This document shows, piece by piece, positions 28,697 to 38,210 of a stretch of DNA of 64,000 bases (its first letter is position 1; the number at the start of each line of letters is the position of its first letter). Origin of the DNA: Chryseobacterium gleum (GTDB lineage: Bacteria; Bacteroidota; Bacteroidia; Flavobacteriales_D; Sanyastnellaceae); the NCBI GenBank assembly GCA_945874695.1, contig CAMCHP010000002.1, positions 23,473-87,472 of the forward strand. The letters are read 5' to 3'. Below the pieces are notes generated by a model. It had not been told where the DNA came from and made no database searches. It saw only the letters and a program-made list of their open reading frames with translations. The translations under genes and the position numbers were made by a program.

Positions 28697-31600
28697 TTAA
28701 TCAATTTCAGTTAACGCCGGCAAGCCAAAAGGTGAACTGTGGCGCGAGAGCCATTCATGGCCGCTCATCACCGCTCCGTGCGACCCGATGTAGTCAATCA
28801 ACGCGGCATATTGCGCGCTGTGTTTCAACAATTCAGCCTTGCCAATGAGCACAAACTGCATGCGTGCGCGGGTGATGGCAACATTCAGTTTGCGATCAAC
28901 CTCAATGGTCGCGGTACCCTCTGTACTTTCACGCGTATTCGACGTTAAAAAATGCAGCTGGTCAAGGGCATTCACCGTTGTGCTGTAAATAATAAAGTCG
29001 CGCTGCGAGCCCTGAAAACGCTCAACAGTATCAACCGTAATGTCGCCTGCACCCGCTACGCCACTTTGTTTGAGAAGAGCTTTGATACACCCGATTTGGT
29101 TGCGATACGGGGCAATAATGCCGATGCGTGCCGCCACTTCATCGGCTTGAAGCCGATGCTTTTCAATCAATGCAAGGGCGTACGTTGCAGCAATGGCGGC
29201 CTCTTGCGGATGTACCTTGCGATTTGCGCCAGGCTCACGGTCGCCACTGGCGATAAAGACCAGGCGTTTTTGCAAAATCGCAGGGCCGTCAATCATGAGC
29301 TCATCGGGTTCTTTTTGGTGCGGCCTATCGGCCGGATGCAGCCGCGATCCATACCATTGCCTACTTACAAAATTGCTGATTTCAGGATGCATCCGGCCCT
29401 GAAAGCTCAAGCTGCCCCACGCATGATGATGACCCCCTTCCTGGACAAGACCAAGCATCCGCTCGAAGAGCGAAGACCTTAAATCAACCAGCCCAGCTTG
29501 GCGCAGACGGGGAGTAATGAGTGCATTGCATGCCGCGGTTTGCTGAACCACCGCGGGCAGTTGCCGGTCGTCGCCGATCAACACAAAGCGTTGCGCCTGC
29601 CGCAAAACGTTCACCAGCAAGGGCTCCAGCACTTGCGATGCTTCGTCAACCACGATGCGATCAAACTGCTTCAAGGTAAAAATGGCGCTTCGACTGGCGA
29701 TGGATGCGACCGTAGCCACAACCACACGGCGGTCGTGAATGCGCTGTTTCAAATCGGCGCGCTTTACGCTGCCTGAGGCCAAGTGATGCAGCAATTTGTC
29801 TTCAAAACGCGGGTCACACGAGGTGCTGCTGCCAATGCGGATGTAGTGCTTGCCGGCTCCCAATGCGGATTCAACGGCCTCACAAATTTCATCGACCGCC
29901 CGGTTCGTGTAGGCCAAAAGCAAGATGTTCTCGTTGCGATCGTGCACCTCCTTGATGTAGTTCGCGAGAAACATGCTGGTTTTTCCGGTTCCAGGCGGAC
30001 CAATCAAAATAAAGTAGTCGGGTGCATGCACGGCCCGTGTGAGGAGTTCGCGCAATTCAAGCTTGCTGGCTTCATTCGACGCATCGTTGACTTGCGGTTC
30101 AACGGGAGTATGTCGTTGCGGGAGTGCCGGCGGTAAATTCCCGAGCAAGAGCTGCTGCATGCGATCATTGTGGGTCACAAATGCAAACAGCTCGCGCTGC
30201 ATGGTTTGAAACGACTGATCCATGTAATCATGCTCGATGGCCCAGTGGGTGTGCGCTGCGAAGAGTGCCGTGTGATGCTGTGCATTGCGAAAACCCAAAA
30301 CGAGCTGATTAGCTTCATCGGGCTCTTCAACGAGGTAAGCTTTAATGACTTGCCCCACGACAGCGGTCGAATTGGGTTCGTCGATCGGGTAGAGCACGCA
30401 AATATCGCCTCGCCTGAAGTCGTGATCATCAACCACCTCGCTCGCGATACGCAGCACCATGCGGGGCGGATTCATGTGCAAACGGTTCTCAACCATCACC
30501 AAAGGCGCGAGGCGATCGGCGGCATCACTGGCCCGTTCATCGTCTTTGTTCCACAAGGCGGCATGTCCGAGCCGATGTTTGCCATCGCCTAAACGCGCCA
30601 ACCATTGTTCATTGGCGATGAAACGAAGGTACACCGCAAGGTAATCGCGCTGCAAGGCCGTTAGGCTTGCCAAGTTGCCTTGAAAGCGATCAAAATTCGA
30701 GCTAAACCATCCCGGTATGCGCGCATCGGAAGGAATGCCGCACGATGCGTAGTTAAGGGTTTGCAGCAATGCAACAACAGCAGCCACATTTTCAGCCTCG
30801 GCCAATTGGCGCTCCCCGTGAACGATCGCATTGCGCAGTGCAATAATGCGCTGCTCCATGGCCGAGAAGCGCGTAATGTAGCGCAAATTGCTTCCTGGAA
30901 CTTGTACGGCTGAATAAAGCAAGTATACGTGCGTGTTGCTGTACTCCAGTTTGAGCACCTGATGAATCAACATTTGATACATGCGCGCTTGAGCCGCATG
31001 GGCCTCGTTGACGGCGTCGAGGTCGTCGGGCGGCCAAGGCAACTTGCCCGATTTCAATTCGACAATGGTCGCATGGCTTTCGCCGAGGTGCAGCAAATCG
31101 AGGCGGCCTTGCAAGCCCAAATCGGGCGACATGAAGGAGGGTTCAATTAAGGGCTCACGCGGCGGTACAGGCGGACGCAACTTCGGGAGGTCGTTTTGTA
31201 CTACGCGAAGGAGGTTCGTGTATTGCGACCACGCGCTTCCGCGCATGAAATCAACCAAAGCGTGGTCTTCAGGGAAATGCGTGAGGTATTCGAGCGGAAA
31301 CCAGCTGAAGCTCTCGGCAAATAGTGTTTTGAAATCGGGGGGTGTATCAGCCGCGTAAACGAGCTGATCAAAAAATCCGTTGACGAGGTTTCCAAGAAAG
31401 AGCTGAACTGTGCTGTCGCTGCTGCTGAGTCGGTTGATGAACCACAGCGCCGATGAGGCCACCTCGGTGTTTGCGAGTTTCTGAAAACAAGCCGCGAGGC
31501 CCGAGACATCGAGCAAGTAATCAGGCTGATACACAACGAGGCGCGCGCGCAAGATCGACTCACCATCGGGGTCAGTATCGGTTACATCAATGAGTGAGAG

Positions 31601-32179
31601 GGTGTCGCCTGGCGTGCACATGCGCAAGGTTTCTTCAAAGCGGGGATGTTCGGCAAATCGGATGCGCGCAGGGACTTCAGCGTCGCGCGTGTCAGCCGTT
31701 ATGCGCAAGCCGTCGGCGACACATTCATAAACGACGGCGCGTAGCTCACGAAAACGCGTTGTTCGCTCTTCGTTGCGCGGCTGGTACTTCTTGAGTTCAA
31801 CCTGTGGCAAATCGTCGGGCACGGCCACGTCGTAAACATGCGCAATGAGTTGCGCGAGGGCACTGAAGCCCGCATCGACATCGTGCGATGAAACATCCTG
31901 GGTACTTTGCCTTTTGGTGACCACGCGCAACTGATGCAAGTTCGCACGCACCGCGTCAGGTGCGTTGAAGGTGCGGCAGAGGTACTCGATTCGGCTGAAA
32001 AGGTTGGGGAAGCGAACACTGCTGTCTTCGAGCATGCGCGCAGTGATGTACTGCAGTTGACGCCTTAAAGCAAGGGCTCGCTCATCTGGCCGATAGGCCG
32101 AAAACCCAATTAACGCCTCGCGCAACAGCGCATAGAACGCCTCGGCGAGCGGTATTTCATGTTCGTTTTTTGACTTCAC
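28697..32179 (-). CDS. fusion of RecB-type PD-(D/E)xK nuclease and Dna2/Upf1-like SF1 helicase
   Basis: Nuclease motifs near aa 346-401: LIEPSF, GRLDLL, IVELKSGK and QARMY. Helicase motifs: Walker A GPPGTGKTS (about aa 727), VVDEASQ, LIGDDRQLPAVV, VERFQGSQRD and LNVAITRAR. GTG start at 32179. Confidence 0.85.
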   Translation of the reverse strand: MKSKNEHEIPLAEAFYALLREALIGFSAYRPDERALALRRQLQYITARMLEDSSVRFPNLFSRIEYLCRTFNAPDAVRANLHQLRVVTKRQSTQDVSSHDVDAGFSALAQLIAHVYDVAVPDDLPQVELKKYQPRNEERTTRFRELRAVVYECVADGLRITADTRDAEVPARIRFAEHPRFEETLRMCTPGDTLSLIDVTDTDPDGESILRARLVVYQPDYLLDVSGLAACFQKLANTEVASSALWFINRLSSSDSTVQLFLGNLVNGFFDQLVYAADTPPDFKTLFAESFSWFPLEYLTHFPEDHALVDFMRGSAWSQYTNLLRVVQNDLPKLRPPVPPREPLIEPSFMSPDLGLQGRLDLLHLGESHATIVELKSGKLPWPPDDLDAVNEAHAAQARMYQMLIHQVLKLEYSNTHVYLLYSAVQVPGSNLRYITRFSAMEQRIIALRNAIVHGERQLAEAENVAAVVALLQTLNYASCGIPSDARIPGWFSSNFDRFQGNLASLTALQRDYLAVYLRFIANEQWLARLGDGKHRLGHAALWNKDDERASDAADRLAPLVMVENRLHMNPPRMVLRIASEVVDDHDFRRGDICVLYPIDEPNSTAVVGQVIKAYLVEEPDEANQLVLGFRNAQHHTALFAAHTHWAIEHDYMDQSFQTMQRELFAFVTHNDRMQQLLLGNLPPALPQRHTPVEPQVNDASNEASKLELRELLTRAVHAPDYFILIGPPGTGKTSMFLANYIKEVHDRNENILLLAYTNRAVDEICEAVESALGAGKHYIRIGSSTSCDPRFEDKLLHHLASGSVKRADLKQRIHDRRVVVATVASIASRSAIFTLKQFDRIVVDEASQVLEPLLVNVLRQAQRFVLIGDDRQLPAVVQQTAACNALITPRLRQAGLVDLRSSLFERMLGLVQEGGHHHAWGSLSFQGRMHPEISNFVSRQWYGSRLHPADRPHQKEPDELMIDGPAILQKRLVFIASGDREPGANRKVHPQEAAIAATYALALIEKHRLQADEVAARIGIIAPYRNQIGCIKALLKQSGVAGAGDITVDTVERFQGSQRDFIIYSTTVNALDQLHFLTSNTRESTEGTATIEVDRKLNVAITRARMQFVLIGKAELLKHSAQYAALIDYIGSHGAVMSGHEWLSRHSSPFGLPALTEID

Positions 32180-32218
32180 AGTTGCGAAGGTAATTGTTCA
32201 CCTTTGCGTTGCAGCATG

Positions 32219-32226
32219 TAACTTTG
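32219..32226 (+). promoter_or_regulatory. candidate -7 box (TAACTTTG)
   Basis: Exact TAnnTTTG 52 nt upstream of the ATG at 32279. Confidence 0.3.
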
Positions 32227-32278
32227 TAAGTGTCGGCAAAAATTTGTATATTGTAGAAATGAGCCTCGATCTCTCGAA

Positions 32279-33040
32279 ATGAAACACATGAAAAACACCC
32301 TTCCATTTTTTGCAAGTCTGTTCTTGCTTCTTTCCACATTCACCGCATGGTCACAAGATGAAAAGCGCATTGCGGCCTTAAGTGCTACGCCCGAATTGCG
32401 CGTGGAGCAACGCCAAGTATCGTGGGTACGCAATGACTATACGGCGCATACCATCTACATTATTGGCGACGCGAAAGAAATTGAAAAGCAGTTTGAAAAA
32501 CTTTTGAAGAGCAAATACAAAATGAAGTTTAGCAGCACACGCGGCTGGCGCGAAACGCAGAATGTACTCATGGCCGACATTATTGCGGAGAGTGCCAATG
32601 TGGCCTTTTCAACCGAGGAGGAGCGCGAGGGAACGCGTTTGCGCATGATTGTAGACCTGGGTGGCAACTCGCTTAATGGGTTGCAGTACCCAGTAGCTGT
32701 GAACAGCCTTGAAAACTTGCTGATCGGATTTGCTCGCGAGTTTTACGCAGCGGCTTACAATGAAGCCATTGAAACCGAGCGAGATCTTTTGAAAGACGAA
32801 GAAAAGGCGCTCGCAGAACTCGAGAAAACCGAGAAAAAACTTAAAAAAGAGAACGAAAAAGCGGCAAAATCGATTGAAAAACTCGAAAAAGAGCTCGAAA
32901 AGCAGCGCCGCACGATTTCAGACAACGAGAGCACGTTGAGCAACGACGAAAAAACGCGGGAACAAAAACGTTCGCAGGTACAAAGCCGTACCGAATTGCT
33001 CGATCGCTTGCGCAAAGCTGCCGACGGCGTGCGCCGTTAA
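32279..33040 (+). CDS. secreted hypothetical protein with C-terminal coiled coil
   Basis: Signal peptide MKHMKNTLPFFASLFLLLSTFTAWSQ. Globular part of about 150 aa with no motif I recognise. Then about 90 aa of E/K-rich heptad-like sequence. Confidence 0.55.
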   Translation: MKHMKNTLPFFASLFLLLSTFTAWSQDEKRIAALSATPELRVEQRQVSWVRNDYTAHTIYIIGDAKEIEKQFEKLLKSKYKMKFSSTRGWRETQNVLMADIIAESANVAFSTEEEREGTRLRMIVDLGGNSLNGLQYPVAVNSLENLLIGFAREFYAAAYNEAIETERDLLKDEEKALAELEKTEKKLKKENEKAAKSIEKLEKELEKQRRTISDNESTLSNDEKTREQKRSQVQSRTELLDRLRKAADGVRR

Positions 33041-33048
33041 TTGCGAGA

Positions 33049-33789
33049 TTACTGATTCAGCGCAGCGAAATTTGCACTTACCGCATCCCAATTCACCAAT
33101 TCCATAAACGCTTTCACGTAGTCGGCGCGGCGGTTTTGGTAGTTGAGGTAGTAGGCGTGTTCCCAAACGTCAATGCCTAAAATGGGCGTTGCTAGCTCTG
33201 GCACAAGATTCACCATCAACGGATTGTCTTGATTCGGCGTGGAGCTGATCACTAAGCGTTGATCGGCTGTTTTGCTCAACCAGGCCCAACCCGACCCAAA
33301 CCGGCTCATGGCTGCTGCGCTAAACTGCTCGCCAAACGCTTCTATGCTGCCAAAGGTCGCAATGAGTGCATCGGCTAAAGCGCCCGCAGGTGCATTTCCA
33401 CCGCCGGGAGCAATGGTTTTCCAGTATAGCGTGTGGTTGAAATGTCCGCCGGCATTGTTGCGAATTGCGGTGTCATCCGCCCCAATTTTCGCGAGAATTG
33501 CTTCTAAGGCCATTCCGTTGTATGCGGTTGTGCCCTCAAGCGCTGCGTTGAGGTTTTTCACGTAACCCGCGTGGTGTTTACCGTGGTGTATTTCCATGGT
33601 CATGGCATCAATGCGCGGTTCAAGCGCGTTGAATGCATAACCCAGTTCAGGGAGCGTGAAAATCGTTGGGCTTGAAGCCGCTTCAACGGGGGCTGCCGGT
33701 GGTGCCGCATCCGTGCAGGCCATGAAAGGAGCCACCGCTACACCGGCACCAAAGATGCCAGTCATTTTCAAAAAAGTACGTTTTTCCAT
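33049..33789 (-). CDS. sodA: exported Fe/Mn-family superoxide dismutase (Mn-type signature)
   Basis: HHGKHH, NNAGGHFNHTLYW and DVWEHAYYLNYQNRR motifs. About 45 extra N-terminal residues with a Tat-like KRTFLK, a hydrophobic stretch and FMAC. Confidence 0.9.
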   Translation of the reverse strand: MEKRTFLKMTGIFGAGVAVAPFMACTDAAPPAAPVEAASSPTIFTLPELGYAFNALEPRIDAMTMEIHHGKHHAGYVKNLNAALEGTTAYNGMALEAILAKIGADDTAIRNNAGGHFNHTLYWKTIAPGGGNAPAGALADALIATFGSIEAFGEQFSAAAMSRFGSGWAWLSKTADQRLVISSTPNQDNPLMVNLVPELATPILGIDVWEHAYYLNYQNRRADYVKAFMELVNWDAVSANFAALNQ

Positions 33790-33950
33790 GGGCTTACAGA
33801 TGTGGTTACTCTACAAAGGTGGCTATTTTCTGCGCCAAATACAAAACCTAGATCAACACGCGTTGTTCAACAGCGGAGTGTTCGTGAGAACATCATTTCG
33901 CGTGTGATTCGCGCCTCAATTTTGGCCTAATTTATGCGGTGATTGTAAGC

Positions 33951-36629
33951 ATGCGGAAAGTCTTCAAATTTTTCTTCATTTCTAGCGCAGTATTCATACT
34001 TGCACTTTCCGCGCTTTTGCTTTGGGCCTACACCCATGAAGATGAGCTCAAGGCGAAGGCATTAGCGGCTTTGCAAGAAGGCCTCGTTACAAAAATGGAG
34101 GTTAGCAGCATCGATTATAGCGTGTTCAAGCACTTCCCCAATGCGGCTTTGCAATGCAACAACGTGGTGTTGTTTGACACCTTTGAGCCGAGCGACACCC
34201 TCATTTATGCGAACGAAATCAGCTTTGAAATAGGCCTGATCAGTTTGCTCACGGGCAGCGTGGCTTTCGACCAAATTCGCGTGGTAAATGGCGGCGTGAA
34301 ATTGCGGCGAGCGGCGAGTGGAACCGATAATTTTCACTTCTGGAAATCGGCCGAAGGCGCTGAAAATAAATCAAGTGAAGTGTTCAACATCGAGGTGATT
34401 CGACTCGAAAACGTTTATTTCCTCTACGACGATCGACAAAGCGATGTTTACTTGGAATTTTACGGACTTCGTGCGAATGTGAACGGACAATTCAGCGGCC
34501 AAGGCGTGCGCGCAGAAGGCGACATCGAAACCCGTTCAGCAACCGTTCGCACGGATGGTGAAACGTGGTTGAACGGCCTTCCCATTCAGGGCTCCCTTGC
34601 CACCGACATCAACACCGAAACAAGCGTTTACCGATTTGAACCCTTCGACCTCGATGTTTCAGGCGTGCGTTTGCAGGGCCAAGCTGAATTTACAGCCGAT
34701 GATTCAGGCATCGCCTGCGACATCAACGCCGAGTTGGGCTCACTTGACCTTGAAACGGTCATCAAGCACTTGCCCGCATCTGCCGCGCATTTTTTTGAGC
34801 CGTACGACGTCAAAGGCAAGGGCAGCGGCAACTTTCAGTTGAGTGGCCGAGCGAGTGCGCGTGAAACACCCACATGGAGTGCCGAACTCGAGCTCAAAAA
34901 CACGGCCGTAGCGCATCGCGCACAGGGTGTTAAATTCGACGACATTTCTGGAAAGTTCTCGGTTTCGGGCGGTAAAGAAGGAGATGAGCAATTGCGTATT
35001 CACCACTTCAGCGGCTACCTCGACGGTGGAAAAATTGACGTGCAGGGCACGTTGACTGATTTCAGCGCACTGAACGTGCAAGCATCACTCAACGCCGATT
35101 TGCGGCTTGAAAAAGTAAATGAGTTCTTTGAAATCCCCACCCTTGCTGGTGCCGACGGCCGAGCAATCGTCGCTCTGTCGTTTGATGGTTTACTGCCTAT
35201 TCGGCAGGATGGGGACAGTGCCCGATTTGACGCCACCCTGTTCAAGCAAGCACGATACAGCGGTCAAGTTGATCTCCGCGAAGCAACATTGCAGCTCACA
35301 TCCATGCCCAAGCCCATTGAAGAATTGAATGGGATGCTTTACTTGGATAGCGAAGGCGCCCAAGTGCAAGCCTTGGCCTTGCGCATTGGCTCAACCGACC
35401 TGGTGCTCGAAGGAAGCATCACCAACATTCTCCCGTGGCTCTTGGTAGAAGAAGAGGTGCTGCGTCTTGATGCTACCTGCAAAAGCCGAAATTTCAACCT
35501 CGACGCCTTCTTGGCTGATCAAGACGCGCCCGCCTCATCTGACGAAGCCTACTTGTTCGCCTTGCCCGACCACATTGATATTCGGGTAGCAGCCGAATTT
35601 GAGCAGCTCAACTTCCGCGCGTTTAGCGCGAAAAACATTTCAGGGCAGCTGATCATGAACCGTTACGGCCTCCGCGTTGACCCCATGCGCTTTGAAACAG
35701 CGAGCGGCAGCGTAAACCTCCAAATGCAGGCGTCACCCACAGCAAGCGGATTTCTTCTTACCCTCACGAGCACGCTCAATCAACTCGACATTCGCCAGGT
35801 TTTTATGCAATTCGAGGAATTTGGTCAAGACTTCATCACCTCCCAGAATCTCCGCGGGCAATGCCAAGCCGACGTTGTATTTCGGGCCAACATGAGCGCG
35901 AGCCTTGCCATTGATGTTGACAACATGATGAGTTCAATTGACCTCAAAATCACCAACGGGGAGTTGATCGGGCTGCAGAGTATGCAGCACATCAGTGACT
36001 ATATGCGCTCCAACAAACTCATTTCACCCTTTGTAAAAGTTGACTTGTTGGAAGAGAAACTGCAGCACGTTAAATTTCAAACGCTCGAAAACCGGATCGA
36101 AATTAAAGACCGCCACATCTACTTCCCGATGATGGATGTAAAATCATCGGCGATGGATATTAAAACCAGCGGCACCCATTACTTTGATGGCCGCATCGAC
36201 TACTCCATTGGATTGTATTTGCGCGACATCCTTTTGCGGGGCAACCGCAGCGAATTCGGGAGCATCGAAGACGATGGCTTGGGTCATCGCGTGTTTTTGT
36301 CGATGACCGGAACCACAGACGACCCCGCGTTTGGGTATGACCGTGAAGCCAAGCGCGAAGTGAAACAACAAGAACGTGAAGCTGAACGCGACCTCTTGAA
36401 AACGCTCATCAAAGACGAGTTCTTGCGGTTCAAAAAGCGCGATGAGTCGACGCCGCGTAACAGCGGAACGACCGATCCGAATCACGCCATTTCTGTTGAC
36501 TGGGACGATGAAGCCCCGCCTGCGGAGCAAGAACCTCAAGAACCGCCAAAAAAACGACGGTGGAACCTTGCTACGCCAAACGACGATGAGAAGGTAGCCC
36601 CCCCACCTGACGATGACGACGATTTTTGA
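33951..36629 (+). CDS. AsmA family protein
   Basis: N-terminal membrane anchor (FFFISSAVFILALSALLLWAY), then about 850 aa of beta-rich sequence with an AsmA-like C-terminal region and a charged tail. ATG at 33951 preferred over GTG at 33939. Confidence 0.7.
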   Translation: MRKVFKFFFISSAVFILALSALLLWAYTHEDELKAKALAALQEGLVTKMEVSSIDYSVFKHFPNAALQCNNVVLFDTFEPSDTLIYANEISFEIGLISLLTGSVAFDQIRVVNGGVKLRRAASGTDNFHFWKSAEGAENKSSEVFNIEVIRLENVYFLYDDRQSDVYLEFYGLRANVNGQFSGQGVRAEGDIETRSATVRTDGETWLNGLPIQGSLATDINTETSVYRFEPFDLDVSGVRLQGQAEFTADDSGIACDINAELGSLDLETVIKHLPASAAHFFEPYDVKGKGSGNFQLSGRASARETPTWSAELELKNTAVAHRAQGVKFDDISGKFSVSGGKEGDEQLRIHHFSGYLDGGKIDVQGTLTDFSALNVQASLNADLRLEKVNEFFEIPTLAGADGRAIVALSFDGLLPIRQDGDSARFDATLFKQARYSGQVDLREATLQLTSMPKPIEELNGMLYLDSEGAQVQALALRIGSTDLVLEGSITNILPWLLVEEEVLRLDATCKSRNFNLDAFLADQDAPASSDEAYLFALPDHIDIRVAAEFEQLNFRAFSAKNISGQLIMNRYGLRVDPMRFETASGSVNLQMQASPTASGFLLTLTSTLNQLDIRQVFMQFEEFGQDFITSQNLRGQCQADVVFRANMSASLAIDVDNMMSSIDLKITNGELIGLQSMQHISDYMRSNKLISPFVKVDLLEEKLQHVKFQTLENRIEIKDRHIYFPMMDVKSSAMDIKTSGTHYFDGRIDYSIGLYLRDILLRGNRSEFGSIEDDGLGHRVFLSMTGTTDDPAFGYDREAKREVKQQEREAERDLLKTLIKDEFLRFKKRDESTPRNSGTTDPNHAISVDWDDEAPPAEQEPQEPPKKRRWNLATPNDDEKVAPPPDDDDDF

Positions 36630-37975
36630 TGACCGAACGAACCTCTACACCCGACTTACCGGAGCTTTTCATCACCCGTTTTTCGGCTGATTTCCCCGCG
36701 CAGGCAGCCGGCGTTTTGGCCGCGATGTATGATGCGCCAACGCCTGCGCTCAATGCGAACATCCGAAAACGCACGTCCTTGCCAACAACCGCAGGCCGAG
36801 TGGCGTGGAATGTCAACGGCCAATATTTATTCGAAGGTTACTCGCCGGTTTTCGATCCGCTTTGGCATGCCGGTGGGTACTACATGATGGAAGCCGCTTC
36901 ACAATCGGTCGCGCATGTTCTCGCGGCGTTGGCACTGCCTGCTCAAGCGCGTGCACTTGACCTCTGTGCTGCCCCGGGCGGGAAATCGAGTGTGTTATTG
37001 AACAGCTTGCCTGATGATGCCGTGGTCGTCTCGAACGAGATTGTTCGATCACGTGCCAACATCTTGTATGAGAACGCTGTGAAATGGGGTTGCGACAACC
37101 ATTTGGTGAGCCACGTTGACCCACAAACTTTAGCGGCAAGCGGTTTGTTATTTGATCTAATTTTGGTTGATGCACCATGCAGCGGGGAGGGCATGTTTCG
37201 CAAAGATGTGCAGGCGCGGGCCGAGTGGTCTGTTGACAATGTAAATCAGTGCGCCTTACGGCAGCGCGACATTCTGACTGCTGCAACCGCAATGATGGCG
37301 CAAGGCGGGTACCTCATTTACAGCACGTGCACCTTCGCTGAGGTTGAAAACGATGCGCAAATCGACGCCCTACTGGCCAGCGGAGACTGGCAAGTGGTGC
37401 CCATCGATTTTGAGGCTTGCCCTGCAGACAATCGTCCGCTGGCAACCCGCCATGGATGGCAGTTTCTTCCGGGAATTACGCGCGGTGAGGGCTTGTACAT
37501 TAGCGCGCTGCAGTTTACAGGATTAAACGAACGGGGCCGGCATAAAATTGATACACACTTCCATCCTTTCAAAGGGGCGGTCACCTTTCAAAGCCCGATC
37601 GCGACAGGGGCGCACACCTTAGTCGCTGATGGGCCGCGTGTTTGGCACATGCATCCGGCCGTTCAGGCCGTAGCCAACCACCTGCGCACCTTCAAAATAC
37701 CCTTGCTCAAGGCAGGCATTGCCGTGGGCGCGTTGAAAGGAAAAGACCTTTTACCTGATCACGAGCTCGCCCTTTGGAACGGTTGGTCACCTCAGCACGG
37801 GGTTGAAATGGAGGTGGCTGATGCGCTCAATTATTTGCGCGGACAGAGCCAGCGGGGCATGCACCCTAAAGGTTGGAACCTCGTTTTGCATCAGGGCCAA
37901 GCGCTGGGTTGGATGAAAAGCATCGGCGATCGGTGGAACAATGCCTACCCCCAACACTGGAAATTGCGTTCGTAG
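36629..37975 (+). CDS. rRNA cytosine-C5 methyltransferase, RsmB/RsmF (NOL1/NOP2/Sun) family
   Basis: SAM-binding DLCAAPGGKS. Catalytic ILVDAPCSGEGMFRK and YSTCTF motifs. The ATG overlaps the asmA-like stop by 1 nt (TGATG). Confidence 0.85.
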   Translation: MTERTSTPDLPELFITRFSADFPAQAAGVLAAMYDAPTPALNANIRKRTSLPTTAGRVAWNVNGQYLFEGYSPVFDPLWHAGGYYMMEAASQSVAHVLAALALPAQARALDLCAAPGGKSSVLLNSLPDDAVVVSNEIVRSRANILYENAVKWGCDNHLVSHVDPQTLAASGLLFDLILVDAPCSGEGMFRKDVQARAEWSVDNVNQCALRQRDILTAATAMMAQGGYLIYSTCTFAEVENDAQIDALLASGDWQVVPIDFEACPADNRPLATRHGWQFLPGITRGEGLYISALQFTGLNERGRHKIDTHFHPFKGAVTFQSPIATGAHTLVADGPRVWHMHPAVQAVANHLRTFKIPLLKAGIAVGALKGKDLLPDHELALWNGWSPQHGVEMEVADALNYLRGQSQRGMHPKGWNLVLHQGQALGWMKSIGDRWNNAYPQHWKLRS

Positions 37976-38098
37976 CTACGCCTGCAAAGTTTACATCTAC
38001 GGTTTTAAATTCATACTGCACAGTCTCAATTGCTTGCATTAGCTTCGGTTTCAGAAGCGAGCAAACGTGCTTGCGGTTAAGGGTAACTGTGAAGAGGT

Positions 38099-38134
38099 AA
38101 GGGCGGTGGTGTTACAACCACCGCCTTTATTTTA
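38099..38134 (+). terminator. rho-independent terminator downstream of the methyltransferase gene
   Basis: 12-bp stem (AAGGGCGGTGGT / ACCACCGCCTTT, one G-U pair), 6-nt loop, then a T-rich tail ATTTTA. Confidence 0.55.
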
Positions 38135-38210
38135 CCGATTAATCTTAAAAATAGCCAAGCACTCGTTTTGGGTTGAATCGCATGGGTTGAGGCGTTATAT
38201 TCGGCATCGA

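Noticed and set aside
28596-33040. Idea that the tRNA marks an integrated genomic island carrying the nuclease-helicase.
   Set aside because: The tRNA 3' end, the usual attachment side, faces ppa/rnr and not the helicase. I saw no integrase and no copy of the tRNA 3' segment as a direct repeat. The flanking genes are housekeeping.
32455-33166. Minus-strand ORFs antisense to the coiled-coil gene (32455-32667, 32755-33015, 32918-33166).
   Set aside because: They are Ser/Phe-rich low-complexity mirror images of the E/K-rich sense frame.
38067-38210. N-terminal 48-aa extension of the histidine kinase ORF in the track.
   Set aside because: The extension contains the terminator hairpin at 38099-38134. 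The ATG at 38211 gives a normal signal/TM N-terminus.
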